In this document: one piece after another, positions 1 to 7,851 of the stretch
Layout of the letters: each line of letters starts with the position of its first letter
How positions within the stretch are numbered: the first letter of the stretch is position 1
NCBI GenBank assembly: GCA_964428955.1
Contig: CAYSAD010000001.1
Span: 19,561-83,560 of the forward strand
DNA from: an uncultured Candidatus Saccharibacteria bacterium
GTDB lineage: Bacteria > Patescibacteriota > Saccharimonadia > Saccharimonadales > Saccharimonadaceae
Length of the DNA: 64,000 nt
Direction of reading: 5' to 3'
Notes under the pieces: model-generated
Seen by the model: only the letters and a program-made list of their open reading frames with translations
Database searches by the model: none
Told to the model about the DNA's origin: nothing
Program-made: the position numbers and the translations under genes

Positions 1-41
1 ACCGTTACTGGTACAACTTGCTCATAGACAGATACTAATAT

Positions 42-72
42 AAAAGAACCTCCCTCATAGGAGGTTCTTTTA
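42..72. terminator. Hairpin terminator downstream of glyA (works on both strands)
   Basis: Stem AGAACCTCC (45-53) pairs with GGAGGTTCT (60-68), 6-nt loop. An A-run lies before it and a T-run after it. Confidence 0.65.
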
Positions 73-103
73 TATCGTTGTATTTATTTTTCAGCCACGC
101 CGC

Positions 104-1372
104 TTACGGTAACGGAAACTGCGAAACGAACTGAGTAACCTCGTCGTGAAGCCGCGTAAGCATTGCCTGATCATCACGGCTATCAATCGCTTGCCTCATC
201 CATTCGGCAATCTGCACCATATGCTCTTCCTTTAGTCCGCGAGTTGTCAGGGCTGGCGTGCCGAGTCGGATGCCGCTCGGACGAAATGGCGGCAACGGAT
301 CGTCCGCAACGGTGTTAGCGTTAAGCGTCAGACCAATTTTATCAAGTGCTATTTCAACTTCTTTGCCATCGATACCGAAGCTCTCATACACATTGGCCAA
401 AATCAGATGGTTGCTCGTTCCACCAGTCACAAGCTGGAATCCCCTTTTCTTCATCTCATCGGCTAGTGCGGTGGCGTTTTTTACGATTTGCACCGCGTAA
501 TCTTTGAATTCGGGCTGCAGAGCTTCATGGAATGCCACGGCTTTAGCGGCAATGACGTGCATATGCGGACCACCTTGCATACCGGGGAAAACCGCTCGAT
601 CAATAAGTGTCGGGATGTTCTCAAGCGTCTTTTCCGGTTTTTTGAGCGGGTTACTAACGATGCCTTTGGACAAGATTAAGCCACCACGTGGCCCGCGCAG
701 CGTTTTATGGGTCGTGGTCGTAATCACATGGAAGCCGTGGTCAAACGGATTTTGAGCCACACCGCCTACGATCAAGCCAGCGATGTGCGCCATGTCGGCC
801 ATCAGCAAAGCGCCGACCCGATTGCCAATCTCGGCAAACTTAGCATAGTCCAGCTCGCGAGGATAAGCACTGAAGCCAGCCAGGATAATTTTCGGCTTGT
901 GCTTGAGAGCCAATTCATTCAGTTCGTCATAGTCAATCTCACCCGTCTCGATATTCTTCATCTTGTAGCGAACGAAATTATACAACTGGGCACTACGTGT
1001 CACTGGTGCACCGTGCGTTAGATGGCCACCGTGCGAAAGATCCATCGCCAGTACCGTATCACCTGGTTCCAACCAGGCACTATAGACAGCTTCATTAGCT
1101 GGTGCACCAGAGTGTGGCTGAACATTGGCGTGGTCAGCCCCGAATAGCTGCTTAGCGCGGTCAATGGCTAATTGTTCAACCTTGTCGGTATTCTCCTGAC
1201 CACCATAATAACGCTTACCTGGATAGCCTTCACTGTATTTGTTGGTAAATACACTGCCGAGCGCCGCTAAAACGTCGCGTGACACGTAATTCTCGCTTGG
1301 AATCAGCTCCAAACCACCAAGTTGTCTGTTTTCTTCAGCCGCAATCAGTGCCGCGATAGCCGTATCGTTCAT
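104..1372 (-). CDS. glyA: Serine hydroxymethyltransferase
   Basis: 422 aa. N-terminus LELIPSENYVSRDVLAALGSVFTNKYSEGYPGKRYYGG and the HKTLRGPRGG PLP-lysine motif are classic SHMT. ATG start with AGGAG SD. Confidence 0.97.
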   Translation of the reverse strand: MNDTAIAALIAAEENRQLGGLELIPSENYVSRDVLAALGSVFTNKYSEGYPGKRYYGGQENTDKVEQLAIDRAKQLFGADHANVQPHSGAPANEAVYSAWLEPGDTVLAMDLSHGGHLTHGAPVTRSAQLYNFVRYKMKNIETGEIDYDELNELALKHKPKIILAGFSAYPRELDYAKFAEIGNRVGALLMADMAHIAGLIVGGVAQNPFDHGFHVITTTTHKTLRGPRGGLILSKGIVSNPLKKPEKTLENIPTLIDRAVFPGMQGGPHMHVIAAKAVAFHEALQPEFKDYAVQIVKNATALADEMKKRGFQLVTGGTSNHLILANVYESFGIDGKEVEIALDKIGLTLNANTVADDPLPPFRPSGIRLGTPALTTRGLKEEHMVQIAEWMRQAIDSRDDQAMLTRLHDEVTQFVSQFPLP

Positions 1373-1424
1373 GCCTCACTCCTTGTTTGCTCTATTATAC
1401 CACCGTAGTCAGATATATCGTATG

Positions 1425-1433
1425 TGATATAAT
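1425..1433 (+). promoter_or_regulatory. Extended -10 (TGaTATAAT) 6 nt upstream of the murA ATG; leaderless-type promoter
   Basis: TG at 1425-1426, TATAAT at 1428-1433, ATG at 1440. The intervening GGAGCA is too close to act as an SD. Confidence 0.45.
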
Positions 1434-1439
1434 GGAGCA

Positions 1440-2966
1440 ATGAATAGTGATGACTACAAGTTAAAAATTGGAAAGTTAATCCAAGAAGCCCGACTAACGC
1501 GAAGCATGACTCAGACAGATCTAGCAGTGAAGCTGGCCACCTCGCAAAGTGCCATCAATCGGATTGAAAAAGGTGGTCAGAACATAAGCTTGGAGATGCT
1601 GGCCCGTATCAGCGAGGTGCTTTCGACCAACATCATCACTCTGAATCACAGTGGTACGACTAACTTCAAAGTTCATGGTGGACGGGAACTCTCTGGCGAG
1701 ATCGAAGTCAAAACCAGCAAGAACGCTGCGGTTGGTTTGCTTTGTGCCAGCCTTCTCAATAAAGGCAAAACGACCCTGCGTCGCGTACCACGTATTGAAG
1801 AAGTCAACCGATTAATCGAGGTACTGGGCAGCATCGGTGTCAAAACCCGCTGGATTGGCACAAGCGATCTTGAAATCACCCCCCCGAAACGTCTACAGCT
1901 GGAGAAGATGGATATCACAGCAGCCCGGCGGACTCGTAGTATCATCATGTTCCTGGGACCATTGCTCCATCAATACAAAGAGTTCAAACTTCCTTTTGCT
2001 GGTGGCTGCGACCTTGGTACGCGTACGGTAGAGCCGCACATGTCGGGTTTGACGCCGTTTGGCCTACACGTCGTGGCGACGAACGACTATTATAACGCGA
2101 CGGTTACGCCAAGCGAACCGAATCGGACTATCCTGCTGACGGAACGTGGTGATACGGTTACTGAAAACGTCATCATGGCGGCCGCATTGTACGATGGCAC
2201 GACGATTATCCGCAACGCCAGTCCGAATTACATGGTGCAAGACGTCTGTTTTTTCTTGGAAAAACTCGGTGTTATCATTGACGGCATTGGTACGACTACG
2301 CTCCAGGTTCGCGGTAAGCGATCAATCAATACTGATGTCGACTATGCGCCGAGTGAGGATCCAATCGAAGCTATGAGTTTCGTGGCGGCAGCCATCGTGA
2401 CTAATTCTGAAATTACCATCCGCCGCGTACCAATCGAGTTCATGGAAATCGAACTAGCAGTGCTTGGCAACATGAACCTGGATTACGAACTAGGTAAGGA
2501 ATACGTGGCGCGCAACGGTCATACTCGCCTGGTAGACGTGACGGTGAAAAAATCAAAGCTGATAGCCGCCAAAGACAAGTTGCACAGTATGCCCTTCCCT
2601 GGCGTCAATATGGACAACTTGCCTTTCCTCGGTCTGGTCGCTACGATGGCTAAAGGCCGCAGTCTGTTGCACGACTGGAGTTACGAGAACCGGGCGATTT
2701 ATTTCACCGAACTCACCAAACTGAACGCTCGAATCGAACTCGTCGACCCACACCGCGTTTACATTTCCGGACCAACCAAATGGAAACACGCCGATGTCGT
2801 GGCACCACCAGCCTTACGACCGTCCGTCGTGGTACTCCTAGCTATGTTGGCCGCACCAGGTAGCTCAATGTTGCGCGATGTTTATTCCATCAACCGCGGT
2901 TACGAAGACTTTGCCAATCGCCTGAATTCAATCGGTGCAGATATCGAAACCGTCCAGGAAATCTAG
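1440..2966 (+). CDS. murA: UDP-N-acetylglucosamine 1-carboxyvinyltransferase with an N-terminal XRE-type HTH domain
   Basis: 508 aa. Residues 1-65 (IQEARLTRSMTQTDLAVKLATSQSAINRIEKGGQNISLEMLARI) look like HTH_3. The rest aligns by eye to E. coli MurA, including the Cys115-loop equivalent FAGGCDLGTRTVEPH and the C-terminal INRGYEDF. Confidence 0.9.
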   Translation: MNSDDYKLKIGKLIQEARLTRSMTQTDLAVKLATSQSAINRIEKGGQNISLEMLARISEVLSTNIITLNHSGTTNFKVHGGRELSGEIEVKTSKNAAVGLLCASLLNKGKTTLRRVPRIEEVNRLIEVLGSIGVKTRWIGTSDLEITPPKRLQLEKMDITAARRTRSIIMFLGPLLHQYKEFKLPFAGGCDLGTRTVEPHMSGLTPFGLHVVATNDYYNATVTPSEPNRTILLTERGDTVTENVIMAAALYDGTTIIRNASPNYMVQDVCFFLEKLGVIIDGIGTTTLQVRGKRSINTDVDYAPSEDPIEAMSFVAAAIVTNSEITIRRVPIEFMEIELAVLGNMNLDYELGKEYVARNGHTRLVDVTVKKSKLIAAKDKLHSMPFPGVNMDNLPFLGLVATMAKGRSLLHDWSYENRAIYFTELTKLNARIELVDPHRVYISGPTKWKHADVVAPPALRPSVVVLLAMLAAPGSSMLRDVYSINRGYEDFANRLNSIGADIETVQEI

Positions 2967-2989
2967 TCTTTCTCTATTAATTATGCTAA

Positions 2990-3134
2990 CATTACTACTG
3001 CCAACCATCTTTTAGGTGGCCCCAAAATAACAAACCAAGCCTTGAGGCTGTTTGTGATTTTGAGAGGAGACGTAACGGAAGGTGGCAGCTTTCGAACTTG
3101 TTCGAAAGTGAGAACCTGAAGTGAACGGCGACGA
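2990..3134 (+). other. Structured spacer / possible long 5' leader of tRNA-His
   Basis: Three hairpins: 3000-3020 (GCCAACC/GGTGGC), 3031-3054 (CAAAC-AGCC/GGCT-GTTTG) and 3089-3108 (CTTTCGAAC/GTTCGAAAG). No credible ORF. Confidence 0.25.
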
Positions 3135-3212
3135 GGCGGATGTAGCTCAGTTGGTTAGAGCGACGGGTTGTGGTTCCGTAGGCCGTGGGTTCAATTCCCA
3201 TCATTCGCCCCA
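3135..3212 (+). tRNA. tRNA-His (GTG)
   Basis: Cloverleaf folded by hand. It has the extra G-1 paired to C73, anticodon loop TTGTGGT, T-loop TTCAATT and an encoded CCA. Confidence 0.95.
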
Positions 3213-3215
3213 AAT

Positions 3216-3252
3216 AAAACTATCCAGACTTGCTAGTTTGGATAGTTTTATT
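3216..3252. terminator. Bidirectional hairpin terminator
   Basis: AAACTATCCA (3217-3226) pairs with TGGATAGTTT (3239-3248), flanked by A- and T-runs. It lies between tRNA-His and the converging 3248-3580 gene. Confidence 0.7.
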
Positions 3253-3580
3253 TGTACGGATTATAGTTGCGCGGCGGCGGACTAGGAACATTCGGCTTCT
3301 TTACGTTGATTGGTTCGGCGCGCGGATTGATTGGCGCGGCATCAGATGCTGATGTCGAACGTTTCGGCACACTGACTGGAATTGGTTGCCGATTATATGC
3401 TCCAGCTAGTAACGACTGATGATAGCTCCCTACCAATTTGCGTTCGCGGTCACGCTTGTAGCGATCGCTAAACGTTTCATTGGTAGTCTGGCCAAATTTT
3501 CCACCGGCCACCTGGCCGAAACCACTCGTATGAAGATTGGCGTCTGTTAGATCATTACTAAATTTACTAACTTTCATCAT
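3248..3580 (-). CDS. Hypothetical protein, basic with a Pro-rich C-terminus
   Basis: 110-aa ORF. ATG with AAGGA about 9 nt upstream. No recognisable motif. Confidence 0.55.
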   Translation of the reverse strand: MMKVSKFSNDLTDANLHTSGFGQVAGGKFGQTTNETFSDRYKRDRERKLVGSYHQSLLAGAYNRQPIPVSVPKRSTSASDAAPINPRAEPINVKKPNVPSPPPRNYNPYK

Positions 3581-3611
3581 AATGCTTATCCTTATATTAT
3601 ACGCCTGGAGC

Positions 3612-3620
3612 TGGTATAAT
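3612..3620 (+). promoter_or_regulatory. Extended -10 (TGgTATAAT) 9 nt upstream of the mature tRNA-Gly 5' end
   Basis: TG at 3612-3613, TATAAT at 3615-3620, tRNA starts at 3630. Confidence 0.45.
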
Positions 3621-3629
3621 CAAACGGTC

Positions 3630-3704
3630 GCGGGTGTCGTATAGTGGCTAATATATCTGCCTTCCAAGCAAATGACGAGAGTTCGATTCTCTCCACCCGC
3701 ACCA
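3630..3704 (+). tRNA. tRNA-Gly (TCC)
   Basis: Very similar to E. coli tRNA-Gly(UCC): GCGGG..TCGTATA.TGGCTA...CCTTCCAAGC...GGTTCGATTC. Anticodon loop CTTCCAA, encoded CCA. Confidence 0.95.
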
Positions 3705-3717
3705 ATTCGTATAGAAT

Positions 3718-3746
3718 TAAAAACGCCCCCTCCGTGGGCGTTTTCG
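3718..3746. terminator. Bidirectional hairpin terminator
   Basis: ACGCCC (3723-3728) pairs with GGGCGT (3736-3741), with an A-run before and a T-run after. It lies between tRNA-Gly and the converging 3790-4389 gene. Confidence 0.7.
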
Positions 3747-3789
3747 TTTAGGAAAACTTCGGGAGAGGGCTCTTGTCAGAGCTTGGAGA

Positions 3790-4389
3790 TCAGTCGTCGG
3801 GTAGCAGGTTATTGCCCTGGACAATGAGCTTGCCGAAACCGCCGAGGATGAGCCTGGCAGTAAGGTCGTCCTCAATCTCGCTGAGGGCGCTGACCGCACC
3901 CGCCAAGATGAGATCGCCCATCTGCACGAATGCCGCACCACCCCAGGGAAAGTCACCCCACGGGAAAGTGCCCACTTCATTCTGTGAATCGACTTTGTCA
4001 CGGAAGTATTCCGGAAAGTCGAACCGTAATTCGAGTGTGCTATCGCAGCCCATCGAGCCATAGCCCGCTATGACCTCATGAGGACGTAGCAGCGCTCGCA
4101 TCTTGCGAATGGCGTTGGCGATATAGCGATCGCGGTCCGGACCCCAGCCGCCAACGAACCAGACGAATTCCTCAGGCTTATCCCAGAGCTCAGCATCGAA
4201 ATCATCGTTCGGTTCTGCCATAGCAAAACCAAAGCTTTCGTTGGCCTTGACCAGACCGCTTGCTGCGAGCACCTGTACGGTGTCGTAGTAGCTGTCGAGA
4301 AACTTATTCAGGTTGATTTCGGAACCATCGTCACAGACATACGTCTGCTCGAACGGCATGGTGCTCACGTCCAGCAATCGGACAGTCAT
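3790..4389 (-). CDS. Hypothetical protein (orphan, visibly GC-richer than its neighbours)
   Basis: 199-aa ORF. ATG preceded by AAAGGAGAC. No TM segment and no family recognised. Bracketed by tRNA-Gly and tRNA-Arg. Confidence 0.7.
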   Translation of the reverse strand: MTVRLLDVSTMPFEQTYVCDDGSEINLNKFLDSYYDTVQVLAASGLVKANESFGFAMAEPNDDFDAELWDKPEEFVWFVGGWGPDRDRYIANAIRKMRALLRPHEVIAGYGSMGCDSTLELRFDFPEYFRDKVDSQNEVGTFPWGDFPWGGAAFVQMGDLILAGAVSALSEIEDDLTARLILGGFGKLIVQGNNLLPDD

Positions 4390-4504
4390 GATGTCTCCTT
4401 TAGGTGCTCGTGTCGTGTACTTGAGTTTTCCACGAAAATGACTTGCTTATTATACATTTTTATTGTACTAATGTCAATAATACAAAGGGAGCTTTGCCCA
4501 TCTC

Positions 4505-4513
4505 TGTTATAAT
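4505..4513 (+). promoter_or_regulatory. Extended -10 (TGtTATAAT) 9 nt upstream of the mature tRNA-Arg 5' end
   Basis: TG at 4505-4506, TATAAT at 4508-4513, tRNA starts at 4523. Confidence 0.45.
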
Positions 4514-4522
4514 ACCAGTTAT

Positions 4523-4599
4523 GCCCCGGTAGCTCAGTTGGATAGAGCAGAGGACTTCTAAGCCTAAGGTCGCTGGTTCGAACCCAGCCCGGGGTACCA
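4523..4599 (+). tRNA. tRNA-Arg (TCT)
   Basis: Cloverleaf with anticodon loop CTTCTAA and D-arm GCTCAGTTGGATAGAGC as in E. coli tRNA-Arg(UCU). G1-U72 wobble, encoded CCA. Confidence 0.92.
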
Positions 4600-4661
4600 A
4601 AAATGAATAATTCTAACAAGCTGTGTCATACTAATGCTTAGAACTTAAACAAAGGAATTTT

Positions 4662-4946
4662 ATGCTTGCGGCGCTCCTCATCATTCACATCATCTGTTTA
4701 TCAATTTCAATACTCGCTACCGGCGCGCTGATGGTAGCCGCGTTATTGACTCGTAAAATCGCGCCGCAATTATCTCAAGCGACACTCGCTGTTACGTCCG
4801 TCGGCGTCCTGGCCGGTGCTATGTTGTTGCTTCAAGCCCCACTTGGTTTACATTGCCTGATGCTTAGCAGCTACGTGATTATTTTTAGCCTAGCGTATCG
4901 CTTCATCACCAAACGATCATTAATCGCTTATAGTCTTTCCCGATAA
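4662..4946 (+). CDS. Small integral membrane protein, hypothetical
   Basis: 94 aa with about 3 hydrophobic helices. AAGGA SD 6 nt upstream of the ATG. Confidence 0.55.
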   Translation: MLAALLIIHIICLSISILATGALMVAALLTRKIAPQLSQATLAVTSVGVLAGAMLLLQAPLGLHCLMLSSYVIIFSLAYRFITKRSLIAYSLSR

Positions 4947-4948
4947 AT

Positions 4949-7420
4949 TTAGACTTGAGGCGTTGTTTGCTCAATGTTTGCATCGGCAGCGATTTTATCC
5001 GCCTCAACTACCGAGCCAAGAATTGCCTCTACTTGTTCTTTACTGATCTCCACGGTACTACCTGCACCAGCCGTACCTTCGAGCATTTGCTTGGCAACGG
5101 TATTTTCGACCGCCCGCTGCACGACTCGGCGCATCGGCCGGGCGCCGAGTCTCGGATCATAACCTTTGTCTACTAGCAGTAATTTGGCATCGTCGCTGAC
5201 TGTAACGGTGACTTTCTGGTTGGCCAGGGTTTTATTGACGCCCGCCAAAATTAGATCGATGACTTGCAGTAATTCCGGCTTACCAAGCGGTGTAAAGGTA
5301 ATGATTTCATCAAAACGGTTCAAAAATTCCGGTCGGAACTGGCCGCTCGAAATCAACTCGTCGGTAAATTGCTGCTCGAATTGCTCCAGTTTGTAACCGC
5401 GCTCAATGTACTCGCGAATACGTTCTGCCCCGGCGTTGCTGGTAGCAATCACGATGGCGTCACGGAAACTGACGTCGCGGTTCTTTTCATCGCGCAGAAT
5501 ACCTTCATCGAGTAATTGCAACAATGTCGTTAAAACACTCGGGTGAGCTTTTTCAATCTCATCCAGCAGTACGACACTGAACGGCTGTTTCATCATCCGC
5601 GCTGTCAGACTGCTCGGGTCGTTCGCGCCATCCGCGATAAGCCGGGCTACATCCTCGCTACGGACGAATTCATTTAAGTCCAGTCGCACCATCCGATCTT
5701 CACCACCAAAGTAGACGTCCGCCAAGGCCTTGGCAAGCTCAGTCTTACCGACACCGGTCGGACCGAGGAACAGAAATGTACCGATTGGCCGATTCTGATT
5801 ACGTACACCAGCCCGCGCTCGGCGCAATGCATCACTAACGACTTGCACGGCCCTGGTTTGATTTATCATTCGTTCGTGAATCAACGATTCCAGATTCAAC
5901 AGTGTGGTTTTCTCTTGTTCGCCACTAGCAACACCAACTTTAATGTCCATCGTCTGCTCAATCGCCTGTTGAACTGAATTCATCGTGACGAGTCCATTTT
6001 CGCTATAACTGGCAGCTGATTCCAGCAGCTTTAAGGCCCGGCCCGGCATTGCTAAATCGTGAACATAACGCTCACTCAAATTGTAGGCTTCACCCAATGC
6101 CTGGTAGGTGTAGGTCACTTTGCGGTGAAATTCCGTCAGTATTAGTTGGTCTTGCATGACGGCAACAGTTTCGTCACGCGATGCCGGGGCAATAGAAATA
6201 CGGTTAAGTGCGTTTACTAACGCGCCGTTACGCTGCGAAATCTGCAAGAAGCGTTGTTCATCCATAGTTAAGATCATGCGCAAATTACCAGCCTCTAAAA
6301 TCGGCAGCAACACATTGGTTAAGTCGACCGATCCGACGGCTTCTTCGAAGAATAACTCAGCATTATCCAGACAAATGATGATGTTCTTTGCGCTATAGGC
6401 CTCGCCGAGTACCTGCATAACCAGCTGCTCCAATTCCCCACGACCAGGTGCAGCCGCAATGAGCGACGAAGCATCAAGCATAATGACTTGACGAAACTGT
6501 AAATTTACCGGCAGTTTATTTTTAGCATCGAGTAACTTCTCGGCAAAAGCGTGAACGATAGTCGTTTTACCAACGCCAGCTGGTCCAACGAGGGCTGCGT
6601 TCTGCCGACCACCACTTGTAAATGTATCGATCAGTTGAGTGAGGGCTGTGACATGGGCTTCCAAATCCACTGCCAGCATACCACCATGCCGCATTTGTTC
6701 GCTGATATTCTGACCAAAGCGCGCCAATAGCGGAATATAGCCAAACGAGAAATCACGAGCGATGCCACCGGTCATACGCGGCCCGGTATGCGCGTCAATC
6801 AATTTTCGAAGATGGTCTTGCCAACGGATACCGGTTTCAATATCACTGACGTCAAGATGCAACTGTGCGAGTAAGTTTTCATAACCAGCAAAACCCTGGA
6901 CTAGCGCGAGTACCATGACGCCAGCTGTCATTTCAGACAACTCCAGTCGCTCCATAATATCAGCCGATCGCTGCCATAGCTTTTCTGTATCGGCCGCCTG
7001 GTCTGAAGCGATGTCTTGCAAAAAATTGGCCGTCAATCCAAACCGGACGGCAAAAAATTGGCCGCCGAAACTACGTCCGATCGCGGCCGCGACATCTTTT
7101 GGCGTTGGATTCGCACCAAGCTGGGCTATGATATCAGCCGCCAGAACATCATTTACCGACGCTGGGTTCTTATTCGGTGCTAGCCGCTTCAATTCACCCG
7201 TATACCATAGACTGAACATAGCTGGTAAGCTTGCTAGACTCATCACGAACCAACCAATTGACAGTTGACTGATAATCAATCCGATGCCACCAATTACCAG
7301 CAACCAGGTCGTTAATTTTAGGATTACATGAAGCGCCCCGCCAAACGTGACGGCCATGCGCGCCTTTTGCACTCGTTCGTGATGCGGATTAAATATTAGT
7401 TCCATACGATTGGTGTCCAA
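4949..7420 (-). CDS. Membrane-anchored double-AAA+ ATPase of the Clp/Hsp100 family (atypical)
   Basis: Two Walker A motifs (GPAGVGKTT, GPTGVGKTELAKALA). D2 Walker B is VVLLDEIEKAHP, with GARPMRR sensor-2. Two N-terminal hydrophobic helices. The ORF-track start 7420 is TTG; the first ATG is at 7405. Confidence 0.9.
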   Translation of the reverse strand: MDTNRMELIFNPHHERVQKARMAVTFGGALHVILKLTTWLLVIGGIGLIISQLSIGWFVMSLASLPAMFSLWYTGELKRLAPNKNPASVNDVLAADIIAQLGANPTPKDVAAAIGRSFGGQFFAVRFGLTANFLQDIASDQAADTEKLWQRSADIMERLELSEMTAGVMVLALVQGFAGYENLLAQLHLDVSDIETGIRWQDHLRKLIDAHTGPRMTGGIARDFSFGYIPLLARFGQNISEQMRHGGMLAVDLEAHVTALTQLIDTFTSGGRQNAALVGPAGVGKTTIVHAFAEKLLDAKNKLPVNLQFRQVIMLDASSLIAAAPGRGELEQLVMQVLGEAYSAKNIIICLDNAELFFEEAVGSVDLTNVLLPILEAGNLRMILTMDEQRFLQISQRNGALVNALNRISIAPASRDETVAVMQDQLILTEFHRKVTYTYQALGEAYNLSERYVHDLAMPGRALKLLESAASYSENGLVTMNSVQQAIEQTMDIKVGVASGEQEKTTLLNLESLIHERMINQTRAVQVVSDALRRARAGVRNQNRPIGTFLFLGPTGVGKTELAKALADVYFGGEDRMVRLDLNEFVRSEDVARLIADGANDPSSLTARMMKQPFSVVLLDEIEKAHPSVLTTLLQLLDEGILRDEKNRDVSFRDAIVIATSNAGAERIREYIERGYKLEQFEQQFTDELISSGQFRPEFLNRFDEIITFTPLGKPELLQVIDLILAGVNKTLANQKVTVTVSDDAKLLLVDKGYDPRLGARPMRRVVQRAVENTVAKQMLEGTAGAGSTVEISKEQVEAILGSVVEADKIAADANIEQTTPQV

Positions 7421-7782
7421 CCACTAATGAACAACAAAAAACCAACGATCGGCAAGATTGGCACAAGTGGCCAGACAAGCAGACATAAACCACCCACTAT
7501 GACGTACCCAAGTAGCGCAATTGAACCAATTATAATGATGATCAGGCGCACGAATGCTCCGATTACTCGAGAAACCATACGGTCGACGAATGCTCGCCAC
7601 TTTACGCCAAGCGGTCCACTTACTTTTCCGGCCGAGATTTGCCGGAATGGCGCGAACAATGTCGATATCAATTGTTCGATTGAAAAATAATCAACTGCCC
7701 GAGCGATCCGCTGTCGAATCTGCCCCACTTGACGGCGCCAGCCAATACCATACCACCACGAGAGCATACCCACGATAAACAT
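7396..7782 (-). CDS. Small membrane protein co-oriented with and overlapping the AAA+ gene
   Basis: The ORF-track start 7860 is TTG. ATG 7782 (MFIVGMLSWWYG...) has TACAAT 6 nt upstream. Three or four hydrophobic helices. Its 3' end overlaps the downstream AAA+ start. Confidence 0.6.
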   Translation of the reverse strand: MFIVGMLSWWYGIGWRRQVGQIRQRIARAVDYFSIEQLISTLFAPFRQISAGKVSGPLGVKWRAFVDRMVSRVIGAFVRLIIIIIGSIALLGYVIVGGLCLLVWPLVPILPIVGFLLFISGWTPIVWN

Positions 7783-7788
7783 GACCTT

Positions 7789-7794
7789 ATTGTA
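7789..7794 (-). promoter_or_regulatory. -10 hexamer TACAAT 6 nt upstream of ATG 7782 (leaderless-type)
   Basis: Plus-strand ATTGTA at 7789-7794. Spacer AAGGTC. Confidence 0.4.
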
Positions 7795-7851
7795 CGATAT
7801 TCTCTCTGGTTTCGATAGAGGCGCAATCATCAAACAAACCAGGTATAATGA

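Noticed and set aside
3070-3092. GGAAGGTGGCAGC resembles the SRP (4.5S) RNA GGAAGGAAGCAGC helix-8 motif
   Set aside because: The 5' side (GACGTAAC) cannot close a GGAA tetraloop. The nearest real hairpin (3089-3108) has a different apex. No complementary 5'/3' ends form a helix-5-like stem.
2995-3213. 72-aa minus-strand ORF
   Set aside because: It runs antisense through tRNA-His and the structured spacer. It is an artefact of the tRNA sequence.
3790-4389. Faint resemblance of PWGGAAFVQMGDLILAGAVSALSEIEDD to the GlcG/DUF336 (heme-degrading-like) motif
   Set aside because: It is a single short pattern match by eye. The rest of the protein does not obviously align, so this is not enough to call.
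4386-4619. 77-aa minus-strand ORF
   Set aside because: It lies antisense across tRNA-Arg and its promoter and has no SD. Spurious.
7844-7849. TATAAT 2 nt upstream of murT ATG 7852 as another leaderless promoter
   Set aside because: The spacing is too short for transcription to start at or before ATG 7852. It may instead serve ATG 7864, or it may be fortuitous. The murT start is left ambiguous.
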